Shown piece by piece: positions 50,783 to 64,000 of a stretch of 64,000 nucleotides of DNA. The notes beneath the pieces were generated by a model, which saw only the letters and a list, made by a program, of their open reading frames with translations, was not told where the DNA came from and searched no databases. Source of the DNA: Lingula anatina (lineage: Eukaryota > Animalia > Brachiopoda); the NCBI GenBank assembly GCA_051362555.1, contig CM120642.1, positions 6,758,001 to 6,822,000 on the forward strand. Reading direction: 5' to 3'. Position numbers and translations under genes: made by a program. The stretch's first letter is position 1, and every line of letters starts with the position of its first letter.

Positions 50783-53700
50783 AGTGAGTGAGTGAGTGAG
50801 TGAGTGAGTGAGTGAGAGAGAGAGAGAGAGAGAGAGAGAAAATTGACCATTGCTTCACTCCAAAAACTGGTAAATTGAAACCATGGTAGTAAAATAAAGC
50901 CCAAAAATTGTGGAATATTTGGAACCAGTTCTTACTTTATCTGAGTGAACTGCTAGTCTAAAGTTAGTTCATTTTTGGAACTGGTCCCAGATCACTATTC
51001 CATGTCTTTTAACTTAGTTCTGTAGATTTTCATTGGGGTAACTTTTTTTTCTTTCAATGATTTATTTTTAAAATTTTTATTTTATTTTAACAATAAATTG
51101 TTTTCACTTCAGGATGCTAGAGCTCCAGATTTTGAAGATGAACGGTTTGAGCGCTCATGTCCAAATCCAACAAGTAATCGTGGTTCTTTTGCACATGACC
51201 TCCGCAAGTCACTAAGAGATGTCGTGAACAGTGCCTGCCCTAAGCCCAAAGAAAGGTAATGAAAGTATATATCAAACTATTGCCAATATACTTAAATTCA
51301 GATGTGGTCGTTGTTACAAAATGAAAATAGCATGGAAAAGGTGATTAAAGGTAGTATATTAATTAAAGTGATAAAAAGAATTTTTTTTTTTTTTTTTTGA
51401 TGTTGTGAAATATAATATTACAAGCCATAGGGTATGTCCAATTAAATATTTGAAGTAATGTTGTCACTGATAAATTATTTTCACTAAGTGAAGTCACATA
51501 AAAGATTTCAATTCTTAATTGTAACTGGCGATATCAATTTGGTTGTTGAACAGATGTATTAGAAGGAAGATGAATGAAGATTAGAAATACTGTTATTATA
51601 CAATAGCAATTCAGTTTTGAAAAAATGATCAATGAATAGTATATTTCACTTTTTCTCTCTTGAAAACAGGAGAGTTCCACGATTGCGGGCAGCGGACTTC
51701 ATAGCAGGCAACGCTGACCAGCTGGACCTTCTGAAGAGGATGGGAATACGACTGGCCACCATGTCAGATGGCAGAGTACAACTGCTACATACTGCCTCTG
51801 AGGTACCAGGATTTTTTAATTATAAAAATGATGGTGATTATTATATCAAGTTGCATACTGTGTCTTGGGTACTGTGATTTTATATGGACAGACACACTCT
51901 GTCTTTATCATTATGCACTTTTTACCCTTAATAAGTGGAAAACCATGCGACTTGTTATCCTCACACTTCTTGGTTGATAAGTAGATTTCATTTGTTGGGC
52001 AACTGAGTAATTTAATTAAGATGTTTGTTACGTAAATCTCACCGAAATATTTACAGAAATTTCAATTGAATTTTTTATTTCTTTTTCAGGCTGCATCATC
52101 AGAGGAAGCCGAGGAAGGAATGTTGTTCATGCAGGAGATGATAGAACTTTCAAAAGCTCAGCAGACAGACAGTAAGTTGTGATTGTTTTCATGATAATGT
52201 GGTGTAACAGTTATGTTGTATTGCATTGATATTGTACTGTGCAGCTTGAGTTATAGACAATGAAGAGACCCATGTATTTGTTTTCTATTTCAGTCCAACA
52301 GGAGCCCCGTGTTGTACAGCTGATGTCTCCACCATACAATGGCAAAGTGGTATTGTCAGCAGGGCCAGCACAGTTTGGAAAGAAACTTACCAATTTACCT
52401 GGGGTAAGTGTGTGTCTTGGGGGGTGGGGGGGTGGGGGGGGGGGGGGGCTTGGAAGAGTTAGGTTTTAGGGTACAGGGATGTAAAATTTTCTCCTAAGAG
52501 GATTTTCTCCCATTTCCTGTAAAAGAGGCTTTACAAAGCTTCTAGATTAAAAAAAGTACTCTTTGTTGTAAAAATATCAAACAAACCTTCATGCATCTGT
52601 TAATGTTGACATCAAACTTTAAAACATATTTCTAGCTACACCTTCAAATTGCTGTGAAATACCACGCTGTGAAATACCATGATTTGACAAAGCTTCTATC
52701 CATCTTTTGTTTTAGCTCCGTGCCCAGGTAGCAGTGGCAGACCCCTTTAAAGCATGTACATCACCTACCAACGCAGCCCAGTTGAAGGGGAAGATTGTGA
52801 TAATGGAAAGGGGAGATTGTATGTTCATTGACAAGGCCAGGCTGCTGCAGGCTGTGGGGGCTTCTGGGGGAATAGTCATAGGTATGGGTATTGCTCAGGA
52901 CCAAAATTTCAAATGTTATTTCTCCCATGTTAAATTGGAACATAATTAACTAATATTATTTCTCCTATTTTAATAGGAACAAAATTAACAAATATCATTT
53001 GTCCCATGTAACTTGAAACAAAATGAACAAAAATTTTGATATCATTTTTCCTTTATGTATTTATAAAGAGATTATGAACAGTGTCTGGTGATAAAAAGGA
53101 TTTAGAAAATTTAAGTTTAAAAAAAAACGTACAACAGCATTTAATATACCTCATTTTTTTCATCCTTTAGATCATAACCCCGGTTCCACAGCCAAGTCTG
53201 CTCCATTGTTTGCCATGTCAGGGGATGGGAAACAGGATGTGAACATTCCCATGGTGTTCTTGTTCCAGAAGGAAGGACAAGATCTGCTTTCTGCCCTGGC
53301 TGAACACCAAGATCTGGATGTCATCATTGGCCACAAGGCTAAGGACATGAGTCAGTATATAAGACATAGAGAATATAAAAGGTGTACAAAGTGTATAAGA
53401 CCCGTATGTAACAGAAAGAAAATTTTGATATTTCAGCAATTTCCCCTCGTGATCAAGATAAACTGTAAATTTTAAAACTGTTGAAAAATCTTTGATCTGT
53501 ACACCCATTATCCAGCTCTTTGATTTGTCTTTTACCATCCCAAGTGAAATTCACCAGTCTTTATCTCCATAAGGAGAGAGGCTCAAAGATGAGAAACTTG
53601 GAACTTGAAAAATTTAATAAATGTCCAGTTAAAGGTTTAACAACTCTTCGTGTGAGATATATATCTCACAATAAAAGCATTGTAAACAACCCTTGGAAGT

Positions 53701-55436
53701 ATAATATATTCTATTTCACCTAAAAAATGGCAGTTAAAGCAATTATTCCGAATTCTGTGCTTGTCATCCGACCACTTGACCTCCATAGATGGCTATACAC
53801 TGTAATAATCTCGTAAGATATTATTACAAAAAAACAAAACTTTCTAGAAAAAAAAAAACAGGGACTAAATTTGAATGTAGAAATGGATTCACTAACCATT
53901 CGTAAGTATGGGAAAAATTGTTGTTTACCCCAGGAAAATTCATTTTTTTGCCAAAATGAACAGTTGTTATCCCTTTAATTAATAGCCAGGAGTTCTGCTT
54001 TTAACTAGTCGATTCTTACACCCCAGTGGCCTGAAGGGGCAGTAGTTTTTAAGGATTTCAACACAGATATAAAGGATAACCAGAATCCAATATATTTGTT
54101 GAACCTCTAAATTTAAAAGTGCATTACTGTAAGTCTGACCATGGTCACAACTATTAATCATCTTAGGTAGGAAAAGACAGTATATTATAATTAACTTTGC
54201 TTATTTTGCTGTTGAATTTCCCTGACTTTACTCAGCAGTTTACTTGCCATATGTATGTTTTTTTCATGTCTTAAATTTTTTTTAGGTAAAGTCAACACTT
54301 TCAAGTACAAAGATACATTTTATGAAGAAGTGAATAAACCGTTAAGTCCTGGAGAAATATATTACATGAAGCTAAAAACAGAAAATGTTGCCATCCAGAT
54401 TGAATACGTAGAAACTCCACAAGATAAGACCCAGACTGAACCTTTCATGGAAATTATGGATGATCCAAATAACGTTCGTACACTATCTTTCCGTTTTGAT
54501 GGCCTCGCCTTGGAGGAAAAATTAGCCAAGGAGGACCTAGGAACAGCATATATAGCATTTTTTGAAAATTTGAAGTCGCACACAAATTTTGCTCAGTTGA
54601 AAAAGCAGGCAAATTACAGACAAGCATTAACAAAGCTTTTAGAATGCGTTTTTGTATCAGGAGAAAAACAGTTGGATGAAGCCACAGAGAAGGATATAGG
54701 AGATCTCGCCCAGGAAATCCAAGTGCTTTCAGACCCACAAAAAATTGACCCTTCAGTCAGTGGTAAAGAACATTATGCTGGAGTTCAAGATTTCGAGGAA
54801 AACAAAAACAGTCCAGCAGACAATGCCCACATGGGTATACCAGCTGGTTTTAGGAAGGTGGAAGAAGGGGTTTACGTTAACGATGCCGGAACAATATTTA
54901 TAAAAATAGACTCCTCCGATGAAGGCAAAGCAAAACTCCCACCTCTTCACTCTTCTCAGGATGATGTTAGCAAAGTGACCTTAAACATCAACACAGAGAA
55001 TGACTTTAATAAAGTGCTTCAGAAACTTGTGCCAAATGACCAGTTGCTGGATGGGATAGATGAATGGAGGAGGAATGCCGATAAGGAAATGGAGGCAATA
55101 TCTGAACAGTCAGAAGAGGGCAGCACTGAGCCCAGCCTTCAAGATGAGCCACATCCCAGTGCAATGGAGGAAGATCAGTATGCTACAAAAACTGAAAATT
55201 CTGACAGGACTAAAGAAAAAGATGAAGACATAAATGATGAAACCCATATCTCTAGTTCAGACAATAGAAATGTAGACAAGAGAAAGATAATACAGTCAAG
55301 GACTTATATTCCAAAAGTGGAAACAATTAGAGATCCTGAAGAAGGTGAGGAATATGAAAGAATGCAGTTAAATAGTGAGCTGTTAGAGAGCACAGAAACA
55401 GAAGATGAAAAACAAAAGAACAAAGATGAACTATGA
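42984..55436 (+). CDS. EDEM3: ER degradation-enhancing alpha-mannosidase-like protein 3 (signal peptide, GH47, PA domain, acidic tail, KDEL), 21 exons
   Basis: Exons: 42984-43090, 43616-43661, 43999-44099, 44761-44800, 45216-45328, 45917-46070, 46267-46401, 46667-46772, 46960-47057, 48139-48264, 48548-48631, 49395-49478, 49741-49865, 50502-50691, 51113-51255, 51670-51802, 52090-52171, 52294-52403, 52716-52881, 53171-53350 and 54286-55436. Motifs [50 protein letters not shown] and [12 protein letters not shown]; ends in KDEL. Confidence 0.96.
44150..44208. repeat. (TTTA)n microsatellite
   Basis: Direct reading. Confidence 0.95.
49816..50120 (+). repeat. Degenerate tandem triplication of the EDEM3 exon 13 3' end and donor region
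   Basis: TGTGGCTTTGC...GTCCATGAAGACCAGTAAGTTT...GTTCAGTCAGGTTG recurs at 49816 and 49933, with a weaker copy at about 50067. Confidence 0.8.
50721..50838. repeat. Compound (TG)n(GAGT)n(GA)n microsatellite
   Basis: Direct reading. Confidence 0.95.
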
Positions 55437-58267
55437 AGAAGCAGTTCACAAGTCATAAGTTGTATTATGATATTCTGTACAAAAGGTGAAAGACACCTGC
55501 TGTAATGAAGATCAATACGTAAGTCAGTTTTAAAAAAATATCGCCAAAAATCGCATCAGATGGTCAGTGTCAAACATGGCTTCTTGATCCGATCTTGTCT
55601 TTCAACAGCATTAGTCATTCAGGGTTATCAGAAAGTCGTACATGGATTGCATTATATGACTTAAAGCTACTGGTAGCAATTCCAACAACTTTAACTTGCA
55701 ATCAAGTTGTCATAAAATGTCTGGTCTGTGTAATGGTTTATGGTTTACTCTACTTAAAATCCACACCACGTTGAGTAAGTTGTTGAAAGATGTTTTTTAT
55801 TGGATTGAAGATATGTTGATATATCATCATTGTTGACTCTTTAGCAAGTCTTCAGAATCTTTAATTATTTATTTATTTATTTATTTTGTAACATTATAAT
55901 GAAGCAAATTACATACCCACATGCTATGGTAATTGGTGAGTATGTACATATGCAGATAGATGGAAGGCACTTTCACAGCAGAACTTAGAAGGCATCATCT
56001 CAACCCTGTTGTGAATACAGAGGGATCTGTGTTATCTATACTTGTTAAAAATTGGACCAATCTCTAGTCTTTGTGAACACATCTTATTCTCTGAATTGGC
56101 AATACTTACATTTCATCTATGTGCAATTCAGACAGTGGTCACAAAGGTCAAGAGCAGTATTTGGACAAATTGTGTAGTACAAAAGCTGAAGGTAGATGGT
56201 CATATTTTGGCATGCTATTTTTTATAATGAGACAGCAGTGATCATTGTATTTTTAGTAAATGTTTATTTATTTATTTTTAGTCATGCTTTTTTTGTTTAT
56301 ATTTTATTTATTGTAGGAGGAATTCATGAGAAAATGCATTTAGAAATGTTCAGTGCAATTAATCAGAAGAAGTCTGAATGAGTACACATTGTGATTTTAA
56401 TCAAATTAAAATTAACATTAGTGGTGCATCAGAAAGAACATGTGTTATCTGTTTTATTAAGATGTAATGTTTACATGAATTATATTCATTACCAGAGTAT
56501 AATATTTAGTATTAAATTTGAACTACTAAAATGATTATACTTATAATTAAGGCATAATATGTATAATGCTGACATAAAATGAACTGTTATATGGAAGTGT
56601 GAGAGAATTCAAATACATATCTTTAAAAAATGTAAAAAAAAAATTGTTTAATAGAATTAAAATATTGTGCGTTTTTCATGCGCTTTTCACAACAGCAATG
56701 ATGATAAAATTAAGGGCCTAACTGTGCAAGGACAAATTCTGCATGGGGTCTGTTTTACAAGAAAAAATGAGCTCGAAAATTGGTCCAAACTTTTAGACTT
56801 TGACCCGATATTAATCAATTGTCCCAAGTGAATAAAACCAAATTTATTGTAACACGATTGGTGGCCAATGTTTAAGCCCAATACGTTAGTGCATTTCTTT
56901 GAAATTTTACCTTAAACATTTATATTGACCACTCTCTTCGACTAAAAATTGAAGCCAGTTTTTGCGCCACATACCACAAGTGAATCCCTCATCCGGAGAG
57001 AAGGTAAAGTTGCGGTTGCAGGGACTCCCGTCTCGGCATGAACAACGCATTCACTTGGTCTCAACAAACGCAATCATTGAACGGACACTTCCGAAACCAA
57101 GCGTGTTCTGCAGATCTCCGTTTTGTCTGCAACCCAATATTCCACAATGGCTCTGAAGAAATTGCAAGGAAATTACCTGCATCCCGGTAACCGGAGTCCC
57201 TTGATAAGAAAGACACAGGATATTCCGTGAGTCAGAGCCACAATTTCCGCCTGCCTCGATAAGATAGGTAATTGTATTGTTACTATAACACGCAATCGCA
57301 ATATAAAATTTCTTTTATCATGAAAAAAGGTATTTTGGTCGAAAATTATACCGCTGTGTTGTTGAAGAAATATAACGTGCGTGGAGCAATAAACCGGAGC
57401 ATTATTTGGGATCCCGTGCTTTCAAATTTTTCCCCTCCTTCCCTCTTGTTCACTATTAGTGATAGGAAATTAGAATTATTTATTTATACCATAATTTTAA
57501 AAATGTAGTGCTGTGTTTTTCTATAAACATGCTGTACATTTTAATTACAAATTTAATGTAGATATTCACAGGAAATTACGGCATAGATTTTTTTTTGTCG
57601 TGACCTTCATTTTTTTCGTAGATTTATGACGTGCATGTATAAATTAAGCCTACAAGACTAATTTGTTTTCATTATTTTTGTTTTGCTACATTCTAACTGC
57701 CTCTTCATTTATCCAAATAAAGCTTTATGTGTCTATCTGTTACTTGTCCCTCTAAGAAACAGGAAATATACACACCATTAACCTGCAAAGCTGTGTCCTA
57801 TATTGTCCGATTATGGTGGGGTTTTGCGGACATGAAAAGAAAGTTTCTTCAAAGCTACGAAAACTTTCATGCCTCTGATTCTCGCTATATTTCCCAACAC
57901 TTTGCTAAAACTAGGAGAATGTGTAACCGTTCGCCATGAAATGTGAACCATTTCTTGTCACTTCTTTTTAGAGATACACCCATATATTGACTGGATGCCG
58001 TCTATCAGGAAATTACGAAGCGTTTCAGCTTCACTGCACTATCAGTGTCTCCACATTGTCTTTGACAAATGAACCATGATGGGTGGGATGAGCATTTACG
58101 CCGTTTTATCACCATGGAGAGGATGTAAAGTGAACATTGATTGTAGTGACTAACTCTTTAAACTAGTCTTTGTAAGACAGCAGAAAGAGAGAATGAGAGA
58201 TGCGGGGTGAATGTCCTCAGGTTTTTCAATTCACTGCTCGTCACCCCTATATTATCAGTGTTTCATC

Positions 58268-58272
<5 letters not shown>

Positions 58273-58304
<32 letters not shown>
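58273..58304. repeat. (GA)n microsatellite
   Basis: Direct reading. Confidence 0.95.
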
Positions 58305-58306
<2 letters not shown>

Positions 58307-61300
58307 CCAATATTATACGTCACATTACCTCAATTTTTATCCTGGACAAATTCCGATAAACCAGATCACTTTCTATCATATCCCATGCCTGACTAATTCG
58401 ACAGTTGATATTTCGCAGATAAAGAACTCCCGTTTAATGTGTAACTTTATTTTACAAATGGTATCATTTTCACAATCTAATTATGCCTTATCTTTGGTAT
58501 TCACAAGGGCCGATGTTTTTGCTTGACGTACTAGCGGCCATATATTACATTTGCCAAGAATATCTGCTTTCCTAAAGGCGTCTTTGAATAAATGATCGAC
58601 ATTTCTCTCCATTTATCTATTTTTTTCTTGGTTTCAGACTCCTAGACTAGGGCTAGTTTTATTTTTGGAATTGAAGAGACAGACCATGGTCATTTGTATA
58701 CCAAAACTAGTTTTTTTTCAGATATTTATCTTTTGTAAATGAAGATGAATGAAATTGAAGTGGAAGAATTTATTTTATGTAGAAGTACCACCAAAACTTG
58801 TCATTGATACGTCTGTTATGACTAATACTTGATGCTGAAAACTTTTTGAAGTTATACAAAGAAAGAACCATAATTGACGTGGATTTTAAGGCAAAAAGAT
58901 AGAAAACAGAAAATAGAGTCAGAATCCGTTTTCAAGGATTATTTTCTACCAACCTTCCGATTTCCGCCTAAAAGTAAACCAATGTCGCGTAGAGGACAAA
59001 TGCATGCATGAAGACTTGTTTTACTGGTAGATGCTAAGGGGACTATTTAGATCCTCAAAATCGTGGTAAAGTAAAGGCGCGATGATGACGTTACGTACGC
59101 TGAATGAAAATATCAATAAAATGACTCTACAAGTTCGACAAAAGTCATTTTATTGATGCAACATGATTCCGGTCATCATTAAAACCCCACGTTACCGAGG
59201 ACATTATATTCACAGCAGTGTCTGCCAATAAGAATAATGATGCCATTACTAGCGCTGTTTCTCCGAGATAACGAAATAGTATTTGAAAAACCCACAATTT
59301 GGACGGGATCGGAAATAACAAGTAATGATCCAAATCCAGGACTTCAGGCTAGAACATAGAAATGTGCTTAATTTTCTGTAAGACATCTTATTTATGATAC
59401 AGATGAAATAATTTAGAGGAAATGTGTTAGCCTAATGTGAAATGTGTCTGCCAGAGTCTATCGCAATCTCCATGGGCTTTTCAATAATAAATCGTTTAAA
59501 GGCGACGATCTTCTTCACTTGCGTATAGTCAAATATATGCATATCGTTTGCAAAATACAAAAAAAGTTTCTAGACAGTGCGCACTTACACTGAAGCACGC
59601 GCACGTTAAAAAGCATGTGCAGAACGTTAACACGCCAGTGCAGTAATAGGCCTTCCTCAAGATGGCGTGTCTTTTTAGTGCGTGCAGTGTTTTTTGTCCT
59701 AGTGGATGGCTCGTTTTCTTTTTCTTTTTTTTTTTTTTTAGAATTGCATAGTCTTGCATGTAAACAAGTTGCGGAATGTGAATAGTCGACATTTACGCAG
59801 GCAACGACCAAAGGTATCGCTCCGAAACCAATTGTGACCAAATGTCAACGTAATCACATTTCTATGATTGTATTAAATTTCATGTCATAAATTGTCGAAC
59901 ATAGCCAATATTTTCAGAGCTGAACAGTGATCTCCTTTGTAGGCAATTTTCAAAGTGACATGAAGAATGTCAAAATCTCTAATTGGTTGATAAGTGCCTA
60001 CTGTAAAAGCCCAATCAGGACATGACTAAGCGATGAACTTGGTGTAACAATACACGTGTAGATATACACTTGCTGCCAACTGTCCCCTTTTCCATGTTAA
60101 CGCCACAGATTTTGTGGGATACATGTCTAAATCAAGGATATAAATCGGTGGCGGATTCAAGAAATGACGGGCGGGGACGCAAATCAATTCTCCCTCCGCA
60201 AATTCCATTGGTGATCAGACTGACATCTGATGGCCAACATGTTGCTTATACCCCTATTCCACACAGACTACGAATTCCGCCAGGAATTGATAAATTCCAG
60301 GGTTCTTACTTAATCGTGATAATCTTTTAAAGATTTTAACTGATTCTTATTTATTCTCAGTCAGTTCCTGCAACTCTTTACTTTTGGTTCCGAACTCCCG
60401 AATGCAAAAATCCTTGGTTAATTCTTAACAAATCCGAAGCAGGCCTACATTCTTAGACATCGTTACTGATTCCTAGTAATTTTGTAGTCATTCCTATGTC
60501 TTCTTACCTTAATCTTGGAATAGTGAAACATTTGTTTGACCACGATTAGACTACGATTCTGTAAAGCAGAGTGATGGGCTTTTTATAACCGTCTTGGGGG
60601 AACATTCCTCAAAATTCCAAGAACAGTCGAGATTACATTTATAATCGTGCCAGAATCGTTAGTGCATTCGGTAGATGCTTAGCTTTCTATAAACCGAATC
60701 CCAATATTCGTAAAGCATTCCTAAGTCATTCTTGCAAATCGTAACTGTTGCTTGACAACATTCGTGTTATTCAAGCATAATCCCACGAATATTCTTTTGT
60801 CCATCTTAACTAATTTGAAACTGAATTCCACAGGGTTAAGATATCAACTAGAAATGTGCAAAAATTTTTAAAATTTATTTCTAAAATTTCGGCGGTTCGT
60901 GGAATTCGTAGTCGATGTGAAATAGGTGCATTACTCTTCTTTGTGTCACTATTCGTACCACTTAAAATAATTTCTTATTTCGGGATCGCATCCATTTCTA
61001 CTTATCAACATAAAGCGGTAAGATATCTACGGTTCTGTATGAAGGCAATTAATGAGTTAGAGATCACTGAGGAACAAAGGAAAATGTGTGCCAAATATTT
61101 CAAAATGTGCCAAATTTCTAGAGGAACACACCCCGAAGAACCTTATTTGAATACCAAATGCATGGTGTACCTACACGAAGCGGTGTTTAAAAAATTGGAG
61201 CGCTCGCACGCACCCACACAAGTGCACACACATACATGTATGTTTGCTTTTTTCCTTTATAAAGCAGGAGGTAGATTGCTAATTCATGTAACTCATTAAT

Positions 61301-64000
61301 GCAGATTTCGGAGAGGTAACTAATTATAGCCACTACATCAAAGTTACCCTTTAGTGTAGAGAAGGAACAGCACTAAAAAGAACACCTAATGCATTCACGG
61401 GTAATCTCTGGGATTATGGTATTGAGTCTTCTTACCCTTTTTGAGATTTTCTGTACGATTACTACCCGTATCTTAACTACATTATTTTTATACACACGCA
61501 GAAATAGCTGATCGTATCAGTACTAGATACAGAATACACACCATTTATGCGAAACGGGGATACTCTTAATTTGATATGCATGGAAATGCACGGGTCTTTA
61601 GATTAGATTGATACAGTTAAGTTGATAGACGGTTAGAAGCTTCGAGACAGATTTACTTTACATTTGACCGCTGTATACAAAATAGGTCAACGAACCATTG
61701 CTGTTTCAAGACAAATCTTCACAGCGCATCTGAAGCCGGTGGGATGTTTTTTATTATGTCCTTTTTAATAATAATGTAATGGTATAAAAGTAAATAGTTT
61801 TTAAAATTGAGGAAGGATCTGGACGTTATGACTAGACCATAGACAAAAACACGTTTTAACTTAAAAGTCTCTGTAGGTGCGATTTAGTATTTGAACATCA
61901 TATCAAAAGTTTATACTATCATGTATAATTCCAATTTCGTAGCAGAAAAAGGAAACGTCGGTTATATCTTGTATATTTTTTTTTCATGTTTACAAGTGTT
62001 CCAACAATTCGACGGAAAATAAACGCAGTTCCACACTGGAAATCTAAACATACAATGTAATCTGTGGACTTATCGAAGGTGATTTTTATTCCAACTGAGA
62101 TATCTTTCAAGATGTAGACTAAGTTTTGGACTACAAACGTACAAGATGAAATACAAAACCAACCGGCTTTGTCATTAAATGATTAGCAATTTGATCCGTT
62201 TTGAAACAGATCAGTCATCGGTCGATAGTTTGGTCAGCACGTTTATGTATATACAAGACCATTGGCAATTCTTTCGATTAAGTTGCAGTAAAAAGGAAGA
62301 ATAGGTTTATTGATCAATCAATATATTTGGTGACCAGGATTTTTTTTACGTTGATCGCAACAGATTAACGTTGATCGCTGTTGCTGTGCGATATCATGAA
62401 CGTCCACGTGCTTGGGCTTCTCTGAACAATTGTATAATTTTAGTTGTATAGAGAATGATACTAATATGCAACTGCGTCCAACTGATTCTTTCTGGCAAGC
62501 AAGGACTATGTTTCAGATAACCCAATTGGTGAAGATTCTCACAGGACCCAACCGATTCATAGAAAATCAGCCGTAAATTGGATCTTCTTAGTCATTTTAT
62601 GATATCACCAGAAGTATCTACACGTTCTAAGCTGAAAGTTCTTTTAACTCTCTTTATTTGCTACATTGGTATATTTGACGCTGGTTTTTCTTGTCAGAAT
62701 ATACATATACATAATATACATGTGCATATGCTACTTTCGAGCCTCGATGCTTGTTGCAACAAAAAGCATCGTTGTTAAAACGAAACACATCATATTGTTA
62801 ACCTGATTTTAAAGTGAAGTCGTTCCACACCAACATAACCAATATAAATGAGAATTGACTGCGAGACGGCCCCTACTCCTCGTCCGTTTCGCATCCGGTA
62901 CATGTTATGAACGATGGAGATCAAATATAGCGACTCACTTGATGGTGTTATAAATTGTCGCATATTCCGAGTGATTTGACCCCATGTGCATGGGTGGACA
63001 ATGTCTTCTGTATCAGTGGTCGGAGGCGCCAGCACGATTTAAATACCATTACCCGAGCCTATCATACTAATAACGCGGGGCATTAATCCAACCATTAACA
63101 ACTAACTGAACGTCGTATCTGCGTTAGTCGTAATGGCAGTGTCGTTTTGCTTGATGACGTTTAACAATTTTATTGCTCTGTGAGTCAGTATTCTGGCCAT
63201 ATCGTTCATATTCTTGGAAATTGCATGTTGTTTGCATCAGAAGGGATATGGGTTCATTTCCCCCTATTAACTACCACTGCGGTTTTCTTAACTGGAAGCT
63301 ATAAATATTCTACCGTGTGACATATTGGTAATGCATTTCTGTACTATAGGCGCTGCTTTTTGAATTGAATTCTTCTCGTACATTTTATTTGGAAATCGTA
63401 TTGATAATAACATATTTACCAACTTCTGTACGTTTTAAAATAGGTGTGTATTTATATGAGGTATGAGGTGGGGCTGTAAGAATCACCTTTTCTTTGCCTA
63501 AAAAAGCACGAAATTCGCTTGGCATTAAGAATTCTTCTCCCAAAGGCATTTAACGTTTGCAAATTTAAGTCAGATGGACCAGTTACATATTCGACATTTC
63601 TTAAATTTTCGAAATATTGAATTTAATCTGTTATTCTTCTCAGGTGCACATGCAAAGCCCGAACACTCAAACCCAAAACGTTGTTTTAAGACAAACAAAC
63701 TAGGCCTACATGTTAAAACAAACTACCTGTATTTACTTTAACCGAACTGAAATATTAAAAAAAATAGACCCTTTTCTCTTCTATCGCAATTCCAATTCAC
63801 GTATTTTATATGCAAAAGTGAAAAAATGTATACATGTAGGTATTTCTCTAAGTGATGCTCCGTAGAACATGATAGAGATTAAGAAACTTGAAAACAGGGA
63901 AACGCTTTTACGCTGAATAGATTTAAGGTTTTCTCTAGTAATAATCAAAAGTAATGTACATGCAATAGAACCAAAGTAAACAGAATGGTCACACCGCTGA

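Noticed and set aside
60245-60840. Region rich in ATTCTT/AATCGT words, possibly a DNA transposon
   Set aside because: No definable repeat unit, TIR pair or TSD.
60856-61299. 147-aa ORF
   Set aside because: No ATG start, no motif and no splice context; probably spurious or repeat-derived.
62790-63250. Possible transposase remnant (SEYATIYNTIK*VAIFDL on the minus strand)
   Set aside because: Similarity is too short and is interrupted by stops.

Overview
Eukaryotic, AT-rich, intron-containing genomic DNA, probably from a marine invertebrate (inference; the species cannot be determined from the sequence). The left half (1-34.4 kb) is almost entirely transposable elements. It holds a DIRS gag/pol 5' part, a Ginger-like TIR element, and a four-level nest (long-TIR element > Harbinger > CCCAG/EnSpm-type MITE > full-length L1/Tx1 LINE). 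It also holds Tc1 and DIRS/Ngaro remnants and a 14-kb P-like element (7-bp TSD). That element contains a structurally complete DIRS retrotransposon whose RT is interrupted by an unusual LTR insert with an internal poly(A) tract. The right half has two head-to-head spliced genes with only 213 bp between start codons: a C6orf136/DUF2358-like gene (minus strand, 6 exons) and EDEM3 (plus strand, 21 exons, ending in KDEL). From 55.5 to 64 kb the sequence is UTR/intergenic with nothing confidently assignable. No rRNA, tRNA or CRISPR was seen. All calls were made by eye; family assignments need database confirmation.
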